Assembly (NCBI RefSeq): GCF_048593235.1 | Contig: NC_133619.1 | Coordinates: forward strand, 651,908,558 to 651,972,557 | DNA: 64,000 nucleotides | Reading direction: 5' to 3' | Source: Sminthopsis crassicaudata | Taxonomy: Eukaryota | In this document: positions 12,240 to 24,330 of the stretch, piece by piece | Position numbering within the stretch: position 1 is the stretch's first letter | How the letters are laid out: each line of letters begins with the position of its first letter | Made by a program: the position numbers and the translations under genes | The notes under the pieces: model-generated | What the model was told of the DNA's origin: nothing | Databases searched by the model: none | Seen by the model: only the letters and a program-made list of their open reading frames with translations

Positions 12240-12867
12240 CAGCTCGCTCCGCCTGTTGGCCAACAGCCAACGCCTCCCGGTTTCACCAATTCCCGTGGCT
12301 GTGTGTTGCAGGGGAGGCTTGCGTCACGATTAGTGTGGACTTTTCTTTCCCTCCTCCAACTCCCATTTAGTCTGCTCGATTCGCCGACCACGGCGGAAGT
12401 TTATCAGCATCCTCCAATCGGAATAAGAGTCGGAGAGCCGGGGCGGGATTTTTGCGCGGAGGTGAACTCCACCCGTCTCCCAGGCAACGCTCCTCCCCTC
12501 TTCTTCCCCCTACGTCCTCCCGCTTCCCCGACCTAGTCCTCCGGGCGGAAACGGAGAACGAACTTGGCCAATGGGAGGCAGGCGGGGCGGAGGCGGCTCT
12601 GCGTGACGCAAGCTTGGACCAATAGGAAGCGGTGAAGGCGGGGCGATCGCGGTAATGACCAGTAGGCGATGAGAGACGCGGGGGCGGGGGCCCAATGAGG
12701 GGGCGTCGACGCGGCCCGCCCGCCTGCCTGCCGCGGTCCCTCCCTTTCTCCCTCAGCGCTGAGGAGAGGAGCGTCGGGTGGTCCCGGCCCCGGCCCCGGC
12801 TCCGGCTCCACCCCCGCCCTCAGCACTCCCGACTCGGCCCCGGAGTCCGGGAGCCCCCGCCGCCATC
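12240..12867 (+). promoter_or_regulatory. AP2A1 CpG-island promoter and 5'UTR
   Basis: CpG-dense. Several CCAAT boxes (about 12286, 12413, 12568, 12618, 12691) and GC boxes (GGGGCGG) lie directly upstream of the ATG at 12868. Confidence 0.7.
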
Positions 12868-15800
12868 ATGCCGGCAGTGTCCAAGGGTGACGGCATGCGG
12901 GGCCTGGCCGTGTTCATCTCGGACATCCGCAACTGTGAGTGGGGCAGGGGCGGGGGAGGGGAGGGCAGGGGCGGGGCAGGGGGGCGGGGCATGGGCGAGG
13001 CCACGCCGGTCACTCCCGAAGCTGCTGAGGCTCCCTAGTGCCTCCGGCTCTGGTCTGCCCCTCTCCCCAGCCCTCCCCTCCCCGTCGGGGCCGCCGCTGT
13101 CTCCGACGGGGAAGGGAGGACTTTGCTCCTCCCTCCGGGAGCCGAGGCGGGATCGGAACCCAGAGCCTCGGCCTGTGGGGTGGGAGGGGGGAGGGGGCGT
13201 CCTCGGGGAGCTGCCAGTCTTGGAGTCAGGGGCCTGGGGGAGGGGGGTGGCCGGGCCGGGCCTAACCCGGAGCTGGGGCCTCCGGGTCAGATGGGAGCAG
13301 GGGGTGGGAGGGGACGGGGCGGGGCCAAGAGGGCCCCAGGCCCGGATTTTCAGCCTCCTGCTGGGTGCTGTGGGCATCCCCGCCTTCCCTCTAGGGAGGG
13401 CCTGCTGAGGGCAAGCAAGGCTCATGTCATGGGCGCGCTGGGAAGGGCACCGTGCTGAGAGGGCACCCCATGCTGGGAGGGCACCACTCTGGGAGGGCAT
13501 CACTCTGGGAGGGCACCCCATGCTGGGAGGGCACCATGCTGGGAGGGCACCACTCTGGGAGGGCACCCCATGCTGGGAGGGCACCACTCTGGGAGGGCAC
13601 CATGCTGGGAGGGCACCACGCTGGGAGGGCACCCCATGCTGGGAGGGCACCATTCTGGGAGGGCACCACTCTGAGAGGGCACCACTCTGGGAGGGCACCC
13701 CATGCTGGGAGGGCACCACTCTGAGAGGGCACCACTCTGGGAGGGCACCCCATGCTGGGAGGGCACCACTCTGAGAGGGCACCACTCTGGGAGGGCACCC
13801 CATGCTGGGAGGGCACCACTCTGAGAGGGCACCACTCTGGGAGGGCACCATGCTGGGAGGGCACCACGCTGGGAGGGCACCCCATGCTGGGAGGGCACCA
13901 TGCTGGGAGGGCACCACTCTGAGAGGGCACCACTCTGGGAGGGCACCCCATGCTGGGAGGGCACCACTCTGGGAGGGCACCACGCTGGGAGGGCACCCCA
14001 TGCTGGGAGGGCACCACTCTGGGAGGGCACCATGCTGGGAGGGCACCACTCTGGGAGGGCACCCCATGCTGGGAGGGCACCATGCTGGGAGGGCACCCCA
14101 TGCTGGGAGGGCACCACTCTGGGAGGGCACCATGCTGGGAGGGCACCATTCTGGGAGGGCACCCCATGCTGGGAGGGCACCACTCTGAGAGGGCACCACT
14201 CTGGGAGGGCACCCCATGCTGGGAGGGCACCACTCTGGGAGGGCACCACGCTGGGAGGGCACCCCATGCTGGGAGGGCACCATGCTGGGAGGGCACCCCA
14301 TGCTGGGAGGGCATCACGCTGGGAGGGCACCATGCTGGGAGGGCACCACTCTGGGAGGGCACCATGCTGGGAGGGCACCACTCTGGGAGGGCACCATGCT
14401 GGGAGGGCACCACTCTGGGAGGGCACCATGCTGGGAGGGCACCACTCTGAGAGGGCACCACTCTGGGAGGACACCCCATGCTGGGAGGGCACCACGCTGG
14501 GAGGGCACTCTTTGTGGCCCTGTGCTCACACAGGACATTGGTAATGGGGGCTGGCACCCTGGGGGTCCCAACCTCTTGGGCCCAAGTCAGTCTAGATGGA
14601 GGCCAAGAGGCAGCCAGTGTGTGGTGCCGGGAGGGGAGGAGCCTTTGGGGCCCCGCTGTGTGGCACGCCACTTGGGGGGGCACCCCTCTCTGAAACCTCC
14701 TCTGGTGGGACGCCGTGGGTCCTGGTGGCAGCTCCGGCAGGGCTCGTCGCCCCTGGTAGAGGAGGGAGCCGGGCGGGCCGAGGGCACCCGGAGCTGGGGC
14801 ATCTGAGGCCTCCTTGAGCAGGCCACGGTTTTCTCCTCTGGTGCACGCTCCAGGGTGAGGGGCTCCAGGGAGGCGCCGGGGGAGGGGAGGGTTTCAGGCC
14901 TGGATCTCCCCCCCCCCCCCCCCCCAAGGTAAGAGCAAGGAGGCAGAGATTAAGAGGATCAACAAGGAGCTGGCCAACATCCGGTCCAAGTTCAAAGGTG
15001 AGCAGGAGGGGCCCAGAGGGCGGGGGGCCGGGGCGGGCACCCCCTCCAGAGGCTCCCATCCACGTGTGCTCCGCCCCCTCCTCCCAGGGGACAAGGCCCT
15101 GGACGGGTACAGCAAGAAGAAGTACGTCTGCAAGCTGCTCTTCATCTTCCTGCTGGGCCACGACATCGACTTCGGCCACATGGAGGCCGTGAACCTGCTC
15201 AGTTCCAACAAGTACACGGAGAAGCAGATTGTGAGTGGGGCCCGGGCTGGGGGGGGTGGGGCTCTCACCGAGGCTCCGGGCGGGGGGGGGGGCTGGGGCC
15301 CTCACCCCTCGGCTCCTGCGGGCAGGGCTACCTGTTCATCTCGGTGCTGGTGAACTCCACGTCGGAGCTGATCCGCCTCATCAACAACGGGGTCAAGAAC
15401 GACCTGACCAGCCGCAACCCCACGTTCATGTGCCTGGCCCTGCACTGCATCGCCAACGTGGGCAGCCGTGAGATGGGCGAGGCCTTCGCCGCCGACATCC
15501 CCCGCATCCTGGTGGCAGGGTGAGGGGACGGGCGAGGGCGGGGGGGTGGGTGGGATGCCTGGCTGGGGGGTGGGGGAGGGGGGAGAGCCGGGCGACCCCC
15601 GAGTCCTGGCCCCTCCAGGGACAGCATGGACAGCGTCAAACAGAGCGCCGCCCTGTGCCTGCTGCGCCTGTACAAGGCCTCGCCCGACCTCGTGCCCATG
15701 AGCGACTGGACGGCCCGCGTGGTGCACCTCCTCAACGACCAGCACATGGTGAGGTGCCCGCGCGGCGGCCGGGGGCGGGCTGGAGGGCTGGGGACCGGGC

Positions 15801-18800
15801 TGAGCCCCTGCCTTGCTTCTCCGTCCCAGGGCGTGGTCACTGCCGCTGTCAGCCTCATCACCTGCCTCTGCAAAAAGAACCCGGACGACTTCAAGACCTG
15901 CGTCTCTCTGGCCGTGTCACGGCTGAGCCGGGTGAGTGGGTAGGGGTAGGGCGGGGGCCCCCTTCTCTCTGCTTCTCCTTCTGTCCCCCGCTTGCCCCCT
16001 TCCTCCTGTTGCTGTTTCCGCTGCCTCGGTGGTCTGTCTTTCACAAGCACCTGGCCATCGGGGAGGCTTTGCGGCCGGCTCCGGGGCCCGAAGTCAGGGG
16101 CCGACCCCGTCCAGACAGGGGCTGGCTCATTCCATGCCCCATCGTCCAGCCTTGGATTCTCGGGGTGCAGCTGATCCCCTTTTTGTCAAGGGGCCCTCCC
16201 ACCTGAAAAGTCCTCCACATACACGGGCAGCACATTGTGGTCATAGATGGAGGCTGAAACCGCCCCCCCGAGCAGAGTTGGGCGTCCGGCCCACCCCTCT
16301 GTGGCTCAGGCTCTGGTTGCCCTGTTGGGGCAGGGGGGCCAGAGAACCACAATCTGGCACCAGACCTCCCTGCTGTGGCCGCACATTCCCCCTCTCCCAG
16401 GGACCAGTCTTGGGGGGCACTGACAGCTCCCCAGAGGCTTTGCCTCAGTGGGCTCAGCAAGCGTTTGGTTCTGAAAAACAGCAGCATTCCAGGTCAAGGG
16501 AGGAGCCCAGGAAAGCTGGAGGCACAGCCCCCTCCCTGGTGCCCCCTCTCTCCCCCTCGTCCCCTCCACCATCTCACCTCTGTCCCCCCCGGGCTCCCAG
16601 ATCGTCTCCTCGGCCTCCACGGACCTCCAGGACTACACCTACTACTTCGTCCCTGCCCCATGGCTGTCTGTGAAGCTGCTCCGTTTGCTGCAGTGTTACG
16701 CGCCGCCAGGTAGGGCCTGTTCCCCGAAAGCTCCCGAAGGTTCTAGAGCGGCCCGACCTCCATCTTCTGGCCGGGCTCCGTCGGCCCCACTTTAAGGGCC
16801 TCCGGAAGAGGCTGGGGCCACCCTCCTGGATGCATGGACTGGGCCCGGGGCCTCCCTTAAAGGGGCTCGTTGAGTTGTGCGGACTCGAGGTCATGCTTGG
16901 GGAAGGATGGGCCGGGCTGGACCCTTGACGCTTCCCTGTCCCCCACGGACCCCAGAGGACGCCGCAGTGAAGGGGCGGCTGGTGGAGTGTCTGGAAACGG
17001 TCCTGAACAAGGCGCAGGAGCCCCCCAAGTCCAAGAAAGTCCAGCATTCCAATGCCAAGAACGCTGTCCTCTTCGAGACCATCAGCCTCATCATCCACTA
17101 CGACAGGTCTGGGGGCAGCTGGGGTGGGGGTGGGGGAGGGGCAGGCCTGGCTGCCAGGAACCGTTCCCACAGACTCTGTCCCTGGCCCCCCAGTGAGCCC
17201 AACCTCCTGGTCCGGGCCTGCAACCAGCTGGGCCAGTTCCTCCAGCACCGCGAGACCAACCTGCGTTACCTGGCCCTGGAGAGCATGTGCACGCTGGCCA
17301 GCTCCGAGTTCTCCCACGAGGCCGTCAAGACCCACATTGACACGGTCATCAATGCCCTTAAGGTACCGGCCTTGGCTGTCCCAGCCCCTGCCCCTCCCGG
17401 CCCCCCGCCGTGGCCTGTGCTCACCCCCTCCCATCTCCCACTGTGGTCCAGACGGAGCGGGACGTCAGCGTGAGGCAGCGGGCGGCCGACCTCCTTTACG
17501 CCATGTGTGACCGGAGCAACGCCAAGCAGATCGTGTCGGAGATGTTGCGCTACCTGGAGACGGCCGACTACGCCATCCGGGAGGAGATTGTGAGCCGGCC
17601 CCCCTGCCCGATGGGGACCGTGGGGGCCGGGGCCCGGCCGGGGGGGCGGCCTCAGCCACGGGCTCCCTGCCTCCTCCTCGCCAGGTGCTGAAGGTGGCCA
17701 TCTTGGCCGAGAAGTACGCCGTCGACTACAGCTGGTACGTGGACACCATCCTCAACCTGATCCGCATCGCGGGCGACTACGTGAGCGAGGAGGTGTGGTA
17801 CCGCGTGCTCCAGATCGTCACCAACCGGGACGACGTGCAGGGCTACGCGGCCAAGACCGTCTTCGAGGTCGGCCCCCGCCCCATCCTGCAGCCCCCCTTC
17901 CCTGCCCCCGCGGTCGCCCCCACGAGTCAACCGCGGGCCCTTTCCTTCCTCAGGCCCTGCAGGCGCCCGCCTGTCACGAGAACATGGTGAAGGTCGGGGG
18001 CTACATCCTCGGAGAGTTCGGGAACCTGATTGCCGGGGACCCGCGCTCCAGGTGAGGCCGCTGGGCGGTGGGGGACGGGGCTGGGGGCGCGGGGCAGGGG
18101 GCCGGCAGCGCCCAGCGGCCTCTCCCTGTGCCCGCAGCCCCCCGGTGCAGTTCTCCCTGCTGCACTCCAAGTTCCACCTGTGCAGCGTGGCCACGCGGGC
18201 GCTGCTGCTCTCCACCTACATCAAGTTCATCAACCTGTTCCCCGAGACCAAGGCCACCATCCAGGCCGTGCTGCGGGCCGGCTCCCAGCTGCGCAACGCC
18301 GACGTGGAGCTGCAGCAGCGCGCCGTCGAGTACCTCACCCTCAGCTCCATCGCCAGCACCGACGTCCTGGTCAGTGGGGCCGCCCGCCGGCCCCGGGAGG
18401 GTCTGCCCGGCCGGGGGGTGGCCCCGGGCCTGATGCCCCCCTTTCTAACCCCCCAGGCCACGGTGCTGGAAGAGATGCCTCCTTTCCCAGAGCGGGAGTC
18501 TTCCATCCTGGCCAAGCTCAAGCGGAAGAAGGGCCCGGGGGCGGCTGGAGCCCTGGAGGATGGGCGCCGGGAGCCCGGGCCCGGGGGTGACGTGAACGGG
18601 GGCGTGGAGCCGGCCCCCAGCGCCGGGGTAGGCGCGGGCCGGGCCGGGGGGATTGGGGGGGCTGCCCCCGGGCCGGGCTACATGGGCACCCTCTCTTTGC
18701 AGTCTACGCCCTCGCCCTCCACGGACCTCCTGGGGCTGCGGGCGGCCCCTCCCCCGGCGGCCCCCCCAGCCCCTCCCAGCGCCGGCAGCCTCCTGGTGGA

Positions 18801-20755
18801 CGTGTTCTCCGACGGCCCCCTAGGGGGCGCTCCCAGCCTGGGGCCGGGCCCCGAGGAAGCCTTCCTCAGGTACCTGCCCCCCCCCCCCCCTCCAGCGGTT
18901 AGCTCGGGCGACTTGGGCTCAGCTTCTCTGCCTCGCTGCCTCCCGGGGATTGGCTGCCCACCCTGCCCTTCTCCCGGGCCTGTCCTGGGATTGGACGGCC
19001 CAGCCAGCTGGAGCCCCGCCCCGGAGAGGCCTGGGGCCCTACAGGCTGACCGGGCTCCAGCTGCTGAGTAAAGGGAGGGGCGGGCGCCCCAGGAAGGGCT
19101 GGGGGGTCGGGGCCGGGCACTGAGGGGGGAAGGCCGGGGGTCGGGGAGCCCGAATGGGGGGACCCTCCCCCTTGGTTTCAGGCTCCTGGGGGGGGGCCTC
19201 TCATCCCTGCCCCGCCCACCTCAGCTCCTCCCTCTTTGCGTAGCCCCGCCTCCGAGGACCCCGGCGTCCCCATCCCCGAGGCGGACGAGCTTCTGAACAA
19301 GTGAGCCAGGGGCTCCGGGTGCGGGGGGAGGGGGGCGGCGGGGCGGCGGGGCTGGGCCTGACTGCGGCTCCTGCGCAGGTTCGTGTGCAAGAACAACGGG
19401 GTCCTCTTTGAGAACGCCTTGCTGCAGATCGGAGTCAAGTCTGAGTTCCGGCAGAACCTGGGTGTGTGAGGCTGGGAGTGGGGGCGGGGTCCGAGGGGGG
19501 CTGGCAGCAGGGGGGGGAGGGGGGGAGGCAGTGATGGGCTCGGGGCAGCGGCAGGGGGCAGTGATGGGGGGGGAAGAGTGGCGGGGCCCCTCAAGGCCGG
19601 GCTAAGGCCCTCTTCCCCTCCCCCCCAGGCCGGATGTATCTCTTCTACGGAAACAAGACCTCAGTCCAGTTCCAGAGCTTCTGTCCCACTGTCACTCATC
19701 CTGGGGACCTCCAGACTCATATCCTACTCAGTCCCAGGTTCTCCCCCCATCCAGGCCCCCCTCCCCCATGGCCATCTTCTCAGTCCCCAGCCGCCTGCTC
19801 CCTGCCAGGTTCTTTCCTTGACGGCTGCATGCACAGCTGGTGGTGCAGACCAAGCGGGTGCCGGGCCAGGTGGATGGGGGTGCCCAAGTGCAGCAGGTCC
19901 TCAACATCGAGTGCCTGAGGGACTTTGTCACCGCCCCCCTGCTGACCGTGCGCTTCAGGTGAGGGGCCAGGCCCGGCGCCCGGGCTGGGGGTGGCGGGAG
20001 AGCCGAGGGGGCGGCGCGGGGCAGGGGGTCGAGACTCCCCGGGGTACGGAGCCAGGGCCTCCCCTGCCTTCCTCCTGCCTAGGTATGGGGGGGCTCCTCA
20101 GGCCCTCACGCTCAAGCTCCCAGTGACCATCAACAAGTTCTTCCAGCCCACCGAGATGGCTGCCCAGGACTTCTTCCAGCGTTGGAAGCAGCTGAGCCTG
20201 TGAGGGGCGGCTGGGGGTCTGGGGGTGGGTGAGGGCGGGGGAGGGGGGAGGTGCCCCCTTGGGGGCTCCGTCTGGCCTCTCTCTCCTGTCATGTACAGCC
20301 CCCAACAGGAGGCCCAGAAAATCTTCCAGGCCAATCACCCCATGGATTCCGAGGTGACCAAGGCCAAGGTGAGGGGGTAGAGTTCCGGGGTCAGGAGGGG
20401 GTGGGGTGGGGGTTGAAGAGCCCCTGGCCATCGCCGTCCCTTGTGCTCCAGCTCCTCGGCTTCGGCTCGGCCCTGTTGGACAACGTGGACCCGAACCCGG
20501 AGAACTACGTGGGTGCCGGGATCGTGCAGACCAAGGCCCTGCAGGTGGGCTGCCTGCTCCGGCTGGAGCCCAACGCCCAGGCCCAGGTGAGAGAAGTCTT
20601 GCCCTCCCCCGCCCCCCTCCCGGCCCCCTCCTCGCCCCCACCCCAAGCTGACCCTGGCTCCTCATCTCTGGCCCCAGATGTACCGCCTGACGCTGCGGAC
20701 CAGCAAGGAGAGCGTGTCTCGGCACCTGTGTGAGCTGCTGGCCGAGCAGTTCTGA
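12868..20755 (+). CDS. AP2A1: AP-2 complex subunit alpha-1 (alpha-adaptin A), 23 constitutive coding exons, 958 aa
   Basis: Translation runs [23 protein letters not shown]|[22 protein letters not shown] to [12 protein letters not shown]. Exons: 12868-12934, 14929-14997, 15088-15230, 15326-15519, 15619-15748, 15830-15931, 16601-16709, 16956-17106, 17194-17362, 17452-17589, 17685-17867, 17954-18051, 18138-18369, 18457-18627, 18703-18869, [alternative 19004/19008-19067], 19244-19300, 19379-19461, 19629-19718, 19835-19958, 20083-20199, 20299-20368, 20452-20586, 20678-20755. Total 2877 nt, in frame. AATAAA at 21022-21027. Confidence 0.98.
13441..14507 (+). repeat. G-rich minisatellite in AP2A1 intron 1 (16-18 bp units, about 60 copies)
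   Basis: Core GGGAGGGCACC plus variable spacers ACTCT, ATGCT, CCATGCT, ACGCT or ATTCT, with a GAGAGGG variant. Confidence 0.97.
19719..19834 (+). other. U12-type (minor spliceosome) AT-AC intron in AP2A1
   Basis: The intron starts ATATCCTAC, has branch site TTCCTTGAC at 19814-19822 and ends ...GCAC. The reading frame LQT|QLVVQTKR joins only with these boundaries. Confidence 0.93.
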
Positions 20756-21075
20756 TCTCAGACCCCGTGCACCCCAGTCCTGGAGGATGAGGGGGGCCAC
20801 GTGCCGAGGGGCTTGGCTCCCGGGGTCAGAGCCAGGGGCTCCAGAACTCCGGGCCGAGGGTGCCCTGGCCGGGGCGTCCCCTTTGCCCTTTTGTATCTAT
20901 TTTTTTGAGCTGCTGCTGTTTACAGTGTCGGGGGCCCCCCTCCCTGAAGCACAGAGGGGAAGGGGCTCGGGCCGTCCCCTCCCCTGCCCTGCCCCCAGCC
21001 CACCGTGTATTAATGTGAGCGAATAAAGAGATGAGACGCTGGTGCAGTGGCAGGGCCGGGCACTTTATTGGGGTC

Positions 21076-23451
21076 TTAGAGGAAGGGGGTGAGAGCGTGC
21101 AGGGTCCGAGTGGCCAGGCCCCGCAGGGCGTGCGTTGGGCTCTGAGGGCTCACCAGCAGCAGGAGGCGGCGGGGCCCTGCCTGGATCGCCACCAGCCTGA
21201 GTCCCGCCCCGGGGTCCTCCCGGCCCTCCGGCCCCTTGGCAGCCGCCCCAGACACCACGTAGCAGGCTCGGGGAACCCCCGTGGGGCACCCCTGCTCCTC
21301 AGCCTTTTCCTCTGATGACACTGCCTCTGAGGAGAAAAGGGAAACACGAGCTAGGGACTTGGGGCTCCCCACTCTGTGCCCCCTGGGAAGCCTCGAGCCC
21401 TGCTGACCTGGGGGGAAGTGGGTGGCAGTGACCAGAGCATAGAAGGAGCGGAGGAGACGCCGGCGGGTCCTGGGGGAAGGACCTGGGGTGGAGAAGAAGA
21501 GATGCCCTTGAAGCTGCCCCCCTCTCCCGCCCCCTGAACCCACCTCCCATGCTGCGCTGGGCCCCCCACCCTGGCGTACCTTCCTCTCCGCCAAGATCCA
21601 CTGTGAAGAAGGCACGTTTTTGCTCTAGGTGCAGGAGGAGGAGCCTGGGGGGGGGGGGAACCCTGTTACTCATGCTCCCGGGGGGCACTCTGAGGCCCTC
21701 CAGGTCCCAGCTCCCCCTCACTTACCCTAGAATGTCGGGGTGCAGGGAGAAGCCTGCTGGGATCGCTCTGGATGCGAGGGCCAGGCAGGCCCTCAGCGGC
21801 TCCAGCACTGGCTGCCACCAGCGTTCCAGGACCTGGGATGAATGGGGGGGGGGGAGCTTGAGGCAGGGGTCACGGTCTGCTCCCCGCTCTGCCCAATGGC
21901 TGACAGGGGACTCGGCTCACCTGAGGCTCCAGCTGGCTGAGAGGGGGCTGAGGCCCACACAGCACACACAGCTCCAGGCCGGGCAGCAGCATCAGCGTCA
22001 AGAGGCGGTGGGGCACCTGGCAGAGGGGCAGCTTAGAGGCAGCGGGCACGGAGATGCCCCCCGGGGCTCCCTGGGCCCACCCTGCACCTCACTCACCGTG
22101 GGACTCCCATGGGGCAGGTAGACGGGATAGTCGCGGGCGGCCTGGGCCGGCAGGGTGCCCACCAGCCAGGGCAGCAGCACCGCCTCCGGAGCCCCGAGGC
22201 GCCACCAGCCCTCCGTGCCCACCACCACCCGGCCACCCACCACCAGGCTGGCAAAGACACTGCCCACCTCCTCAGCAAAGCCCGCCAGGGCCTCCTGAGG
22301 GAAGAAAGGCGGGCCTCATTGTGGGTCAGTGTTAGGGGCTGGGGGGGCTCAGTGGGGAGGGGGAAGGGATGACATGTTTACTCTGGGCTCAGCGGGGGCC
22401 CTTCTGCTCGGGATGAGTGGGGGGGTTTGTCTGTTCTGTCTCCCCCCTCTCTTGTACCCCCCCAAACCGCCCCCCCCTTGCTCCCTGGGCAGCGGGGTCG
22501 GGCTGGGTGACCTGCAGCAGCGGCCCGTCCCCGGGGGCGATGCAGTCCACACACTGGGTCAGGTCCCCGGCCAGCTCCGCGTCCCCCAGGAGGCTGTCAA
22601 TGAGGCCATAGGTAGCCTGGGGAGAGGAAGACCCGGTGGAGACCAGGGCCCGCCCCTGCGGCCGCGGCCCCGCCCCCGCCGCCCCGCCCCCCGCTCACCC
22701 TCAGCTCCTTCTTCAGTCTCTCCACGTTGCGGATTCTGGTCAGCTCTTCAAGGCCGACCAGCAGGACCTAGAGACAGACATTGTGGGGACCCGGACGGGG
22801 AGGGAGGGGAGGGGCCCGCACCCCGCCGCCAGCCTCTCACCATGGCCCCGAACACCAGCTCCAGCAGCCGCTCCAGCCTGAGCTCCGAGCATCCCGGCTC
22901 CGAGGACAGGACGATGAGGGTGACGCTGGAAGGGGGACGCCGGGCGTCAGGGGCCTGCTCACCACAAACCGGGGCACTGAGGCACGCGGGGCGGGCACTG
23001 GGCGCCGCGCCCCCTCCCCCCAGCTCGGGGTTCCAGGCCCGGCTCACCTGTCGTGGAAGATCTTCCACACCACGGCCGTGTCCTCGGTGCGCGCGGAGCG
23101 CAGCGTCACGTCCAGGTTCTGCCCGAACATGTGCACGCCATTGAGGGAGCCGATAACGGAGAAGGGCAGCTAGAATGGGGTTCCAGGTCAGTTCAGCAGC
23201 CAGGGACCGGCGAGAACTACAGCTCCCGGCAGGCCTGGCGCCAGAGCCCAGCCGCCCAGGTGCCGAACGCGCGGGCGCTGTCGGGAGCGGTAGTTCTCTC
23301 CCTCTCCCCCACCCCTTCCTGCTTCCGCCAGTGATTTCACCTGCTGTCGGGAGGGGGCGCCCCCGCGGCTGCTCCTGCAGAATAGGGGGACTCCGCTGGA
23401 GGCGTCGAGGCAGATCAAGTGCACGGCCCCCGAAGCGCCTTCTTCCGCCAT
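21076..23451 (-). CDS. FUZ: Protein fuzzy homolog (CPLANE complex), 11 coding exons, 427 aa
   Basis: Translation runs MAEEGASGAVHLICLDASSGVPLFCRSSRGG to SPQSPTHALRGLATRTLHALTPFL*. Exons (descending): 23451-23341, 23169-23048, 22925-22841, 22767-22699, 22616-22512, 22294-22097, 22016-21921, 21832-21726, 21644-21580, 21482-21408, 21326-21076. Total 1284 nt. Minus-strand AATAAA at 21069-21064. Confidence 0.96.
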
Positions 23452-24330
23452 GTCAACCCCGAGGAGTGACCGAGGGTCGCGTAGGAATGCGCTGATGATG
23501 ATCTATTTCGCCCCGGAGAACTGTCCCGTTTCCGTGGCCGGAAGTGCACGCGGCCCCATCAAAAATGGCGGCAACTGGGTCGCTTCACTTTTGCCCACCG
23601 CTAATGTGCGCGCCCCTATCAAAGATGGCGATGGCCGGGATTGGCGGGGTTGAGCGTCTCGCCGCCCGGACCAGGGGGGAGCTGAGCTTCCTTCCCGAGA
23701 GTCCCGTGCTTTCGGGGCGCTCCTTGCCTCCTTAACGCCTGGTCACTGATATCTGACCTCTTCGTCTCCGGTCCCGGGGCTGATTCAAAGATGGGCCGGG
23801 CTGACGGGGTTGCCTAGCAACCACCCTGGTTTTCGCCGTGCCGGTGACGTCACCGGCGCCCTACAGCCCATTCCCTGTGAGGGACAGGGCCGGGTCCGGC
23901 AGGTGAATCCGGGCGTGCTCCGTGCCCTCTGCCTCTGTTTTCACTGACGCCCCCTCCCCCCCCCCCCCCGCTTCCCCATTTTAAGAACAGAGACGGGGGC
24001 CGCTCCGTCCGTCGATGTCACGCCGCGCTGCGCGCCCAGGGTTAAGCTTCTCGATTTCCTAACGTTCCACCCACCTCGGATTCCCGTGACCCGGCCGGCC
24101 CGCTCAGTGACCCCCGCGCCCGAGCTTTGGGTTACACGGACCGACTAAAAGCCTTTATTAAGGGCTCTAGCAAAGCGCTGGAGGGGGAGGGGGGCGATCC
24201 AGACGCAACAAGTCAGGCTCTGCGCCCTCCGGCGCCAGGACAGGGAAGGTTTCTACCCCAGCTCAGGGGAAAGTCCCGGCGTCCTTAGGGTGCGTTTGCA
24301 GATTTGATGCCCCTTTAAGGGGATGTCCGG
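23452..24330. promoter_or_regulatory. FUZ CpG-island promoter
   Basis: CpG-dense, with ETS CCGGAAGT (about 23537), repeated YY1-like AAAATGGCGGC / AAGATGGCG (about 23562 and 23620) and CRE TGACGTCA (about 23846). Confidence 0.6.

Noticed and set aside
13441-14507. CRISPR-like repeat/spacer appearance
   Set aside because: The spacers are 5-7 nt and drawn from a few variants, there are no cas genes, and the context is eukaryotic intron. It is a minisatellite.
12820-14683. Long overlapping ORFs (up to 493 aa) in AP2A1 intron 1
   Set aside because: They result from a stop-poor minisatellite and translate to low-complexity repeats.
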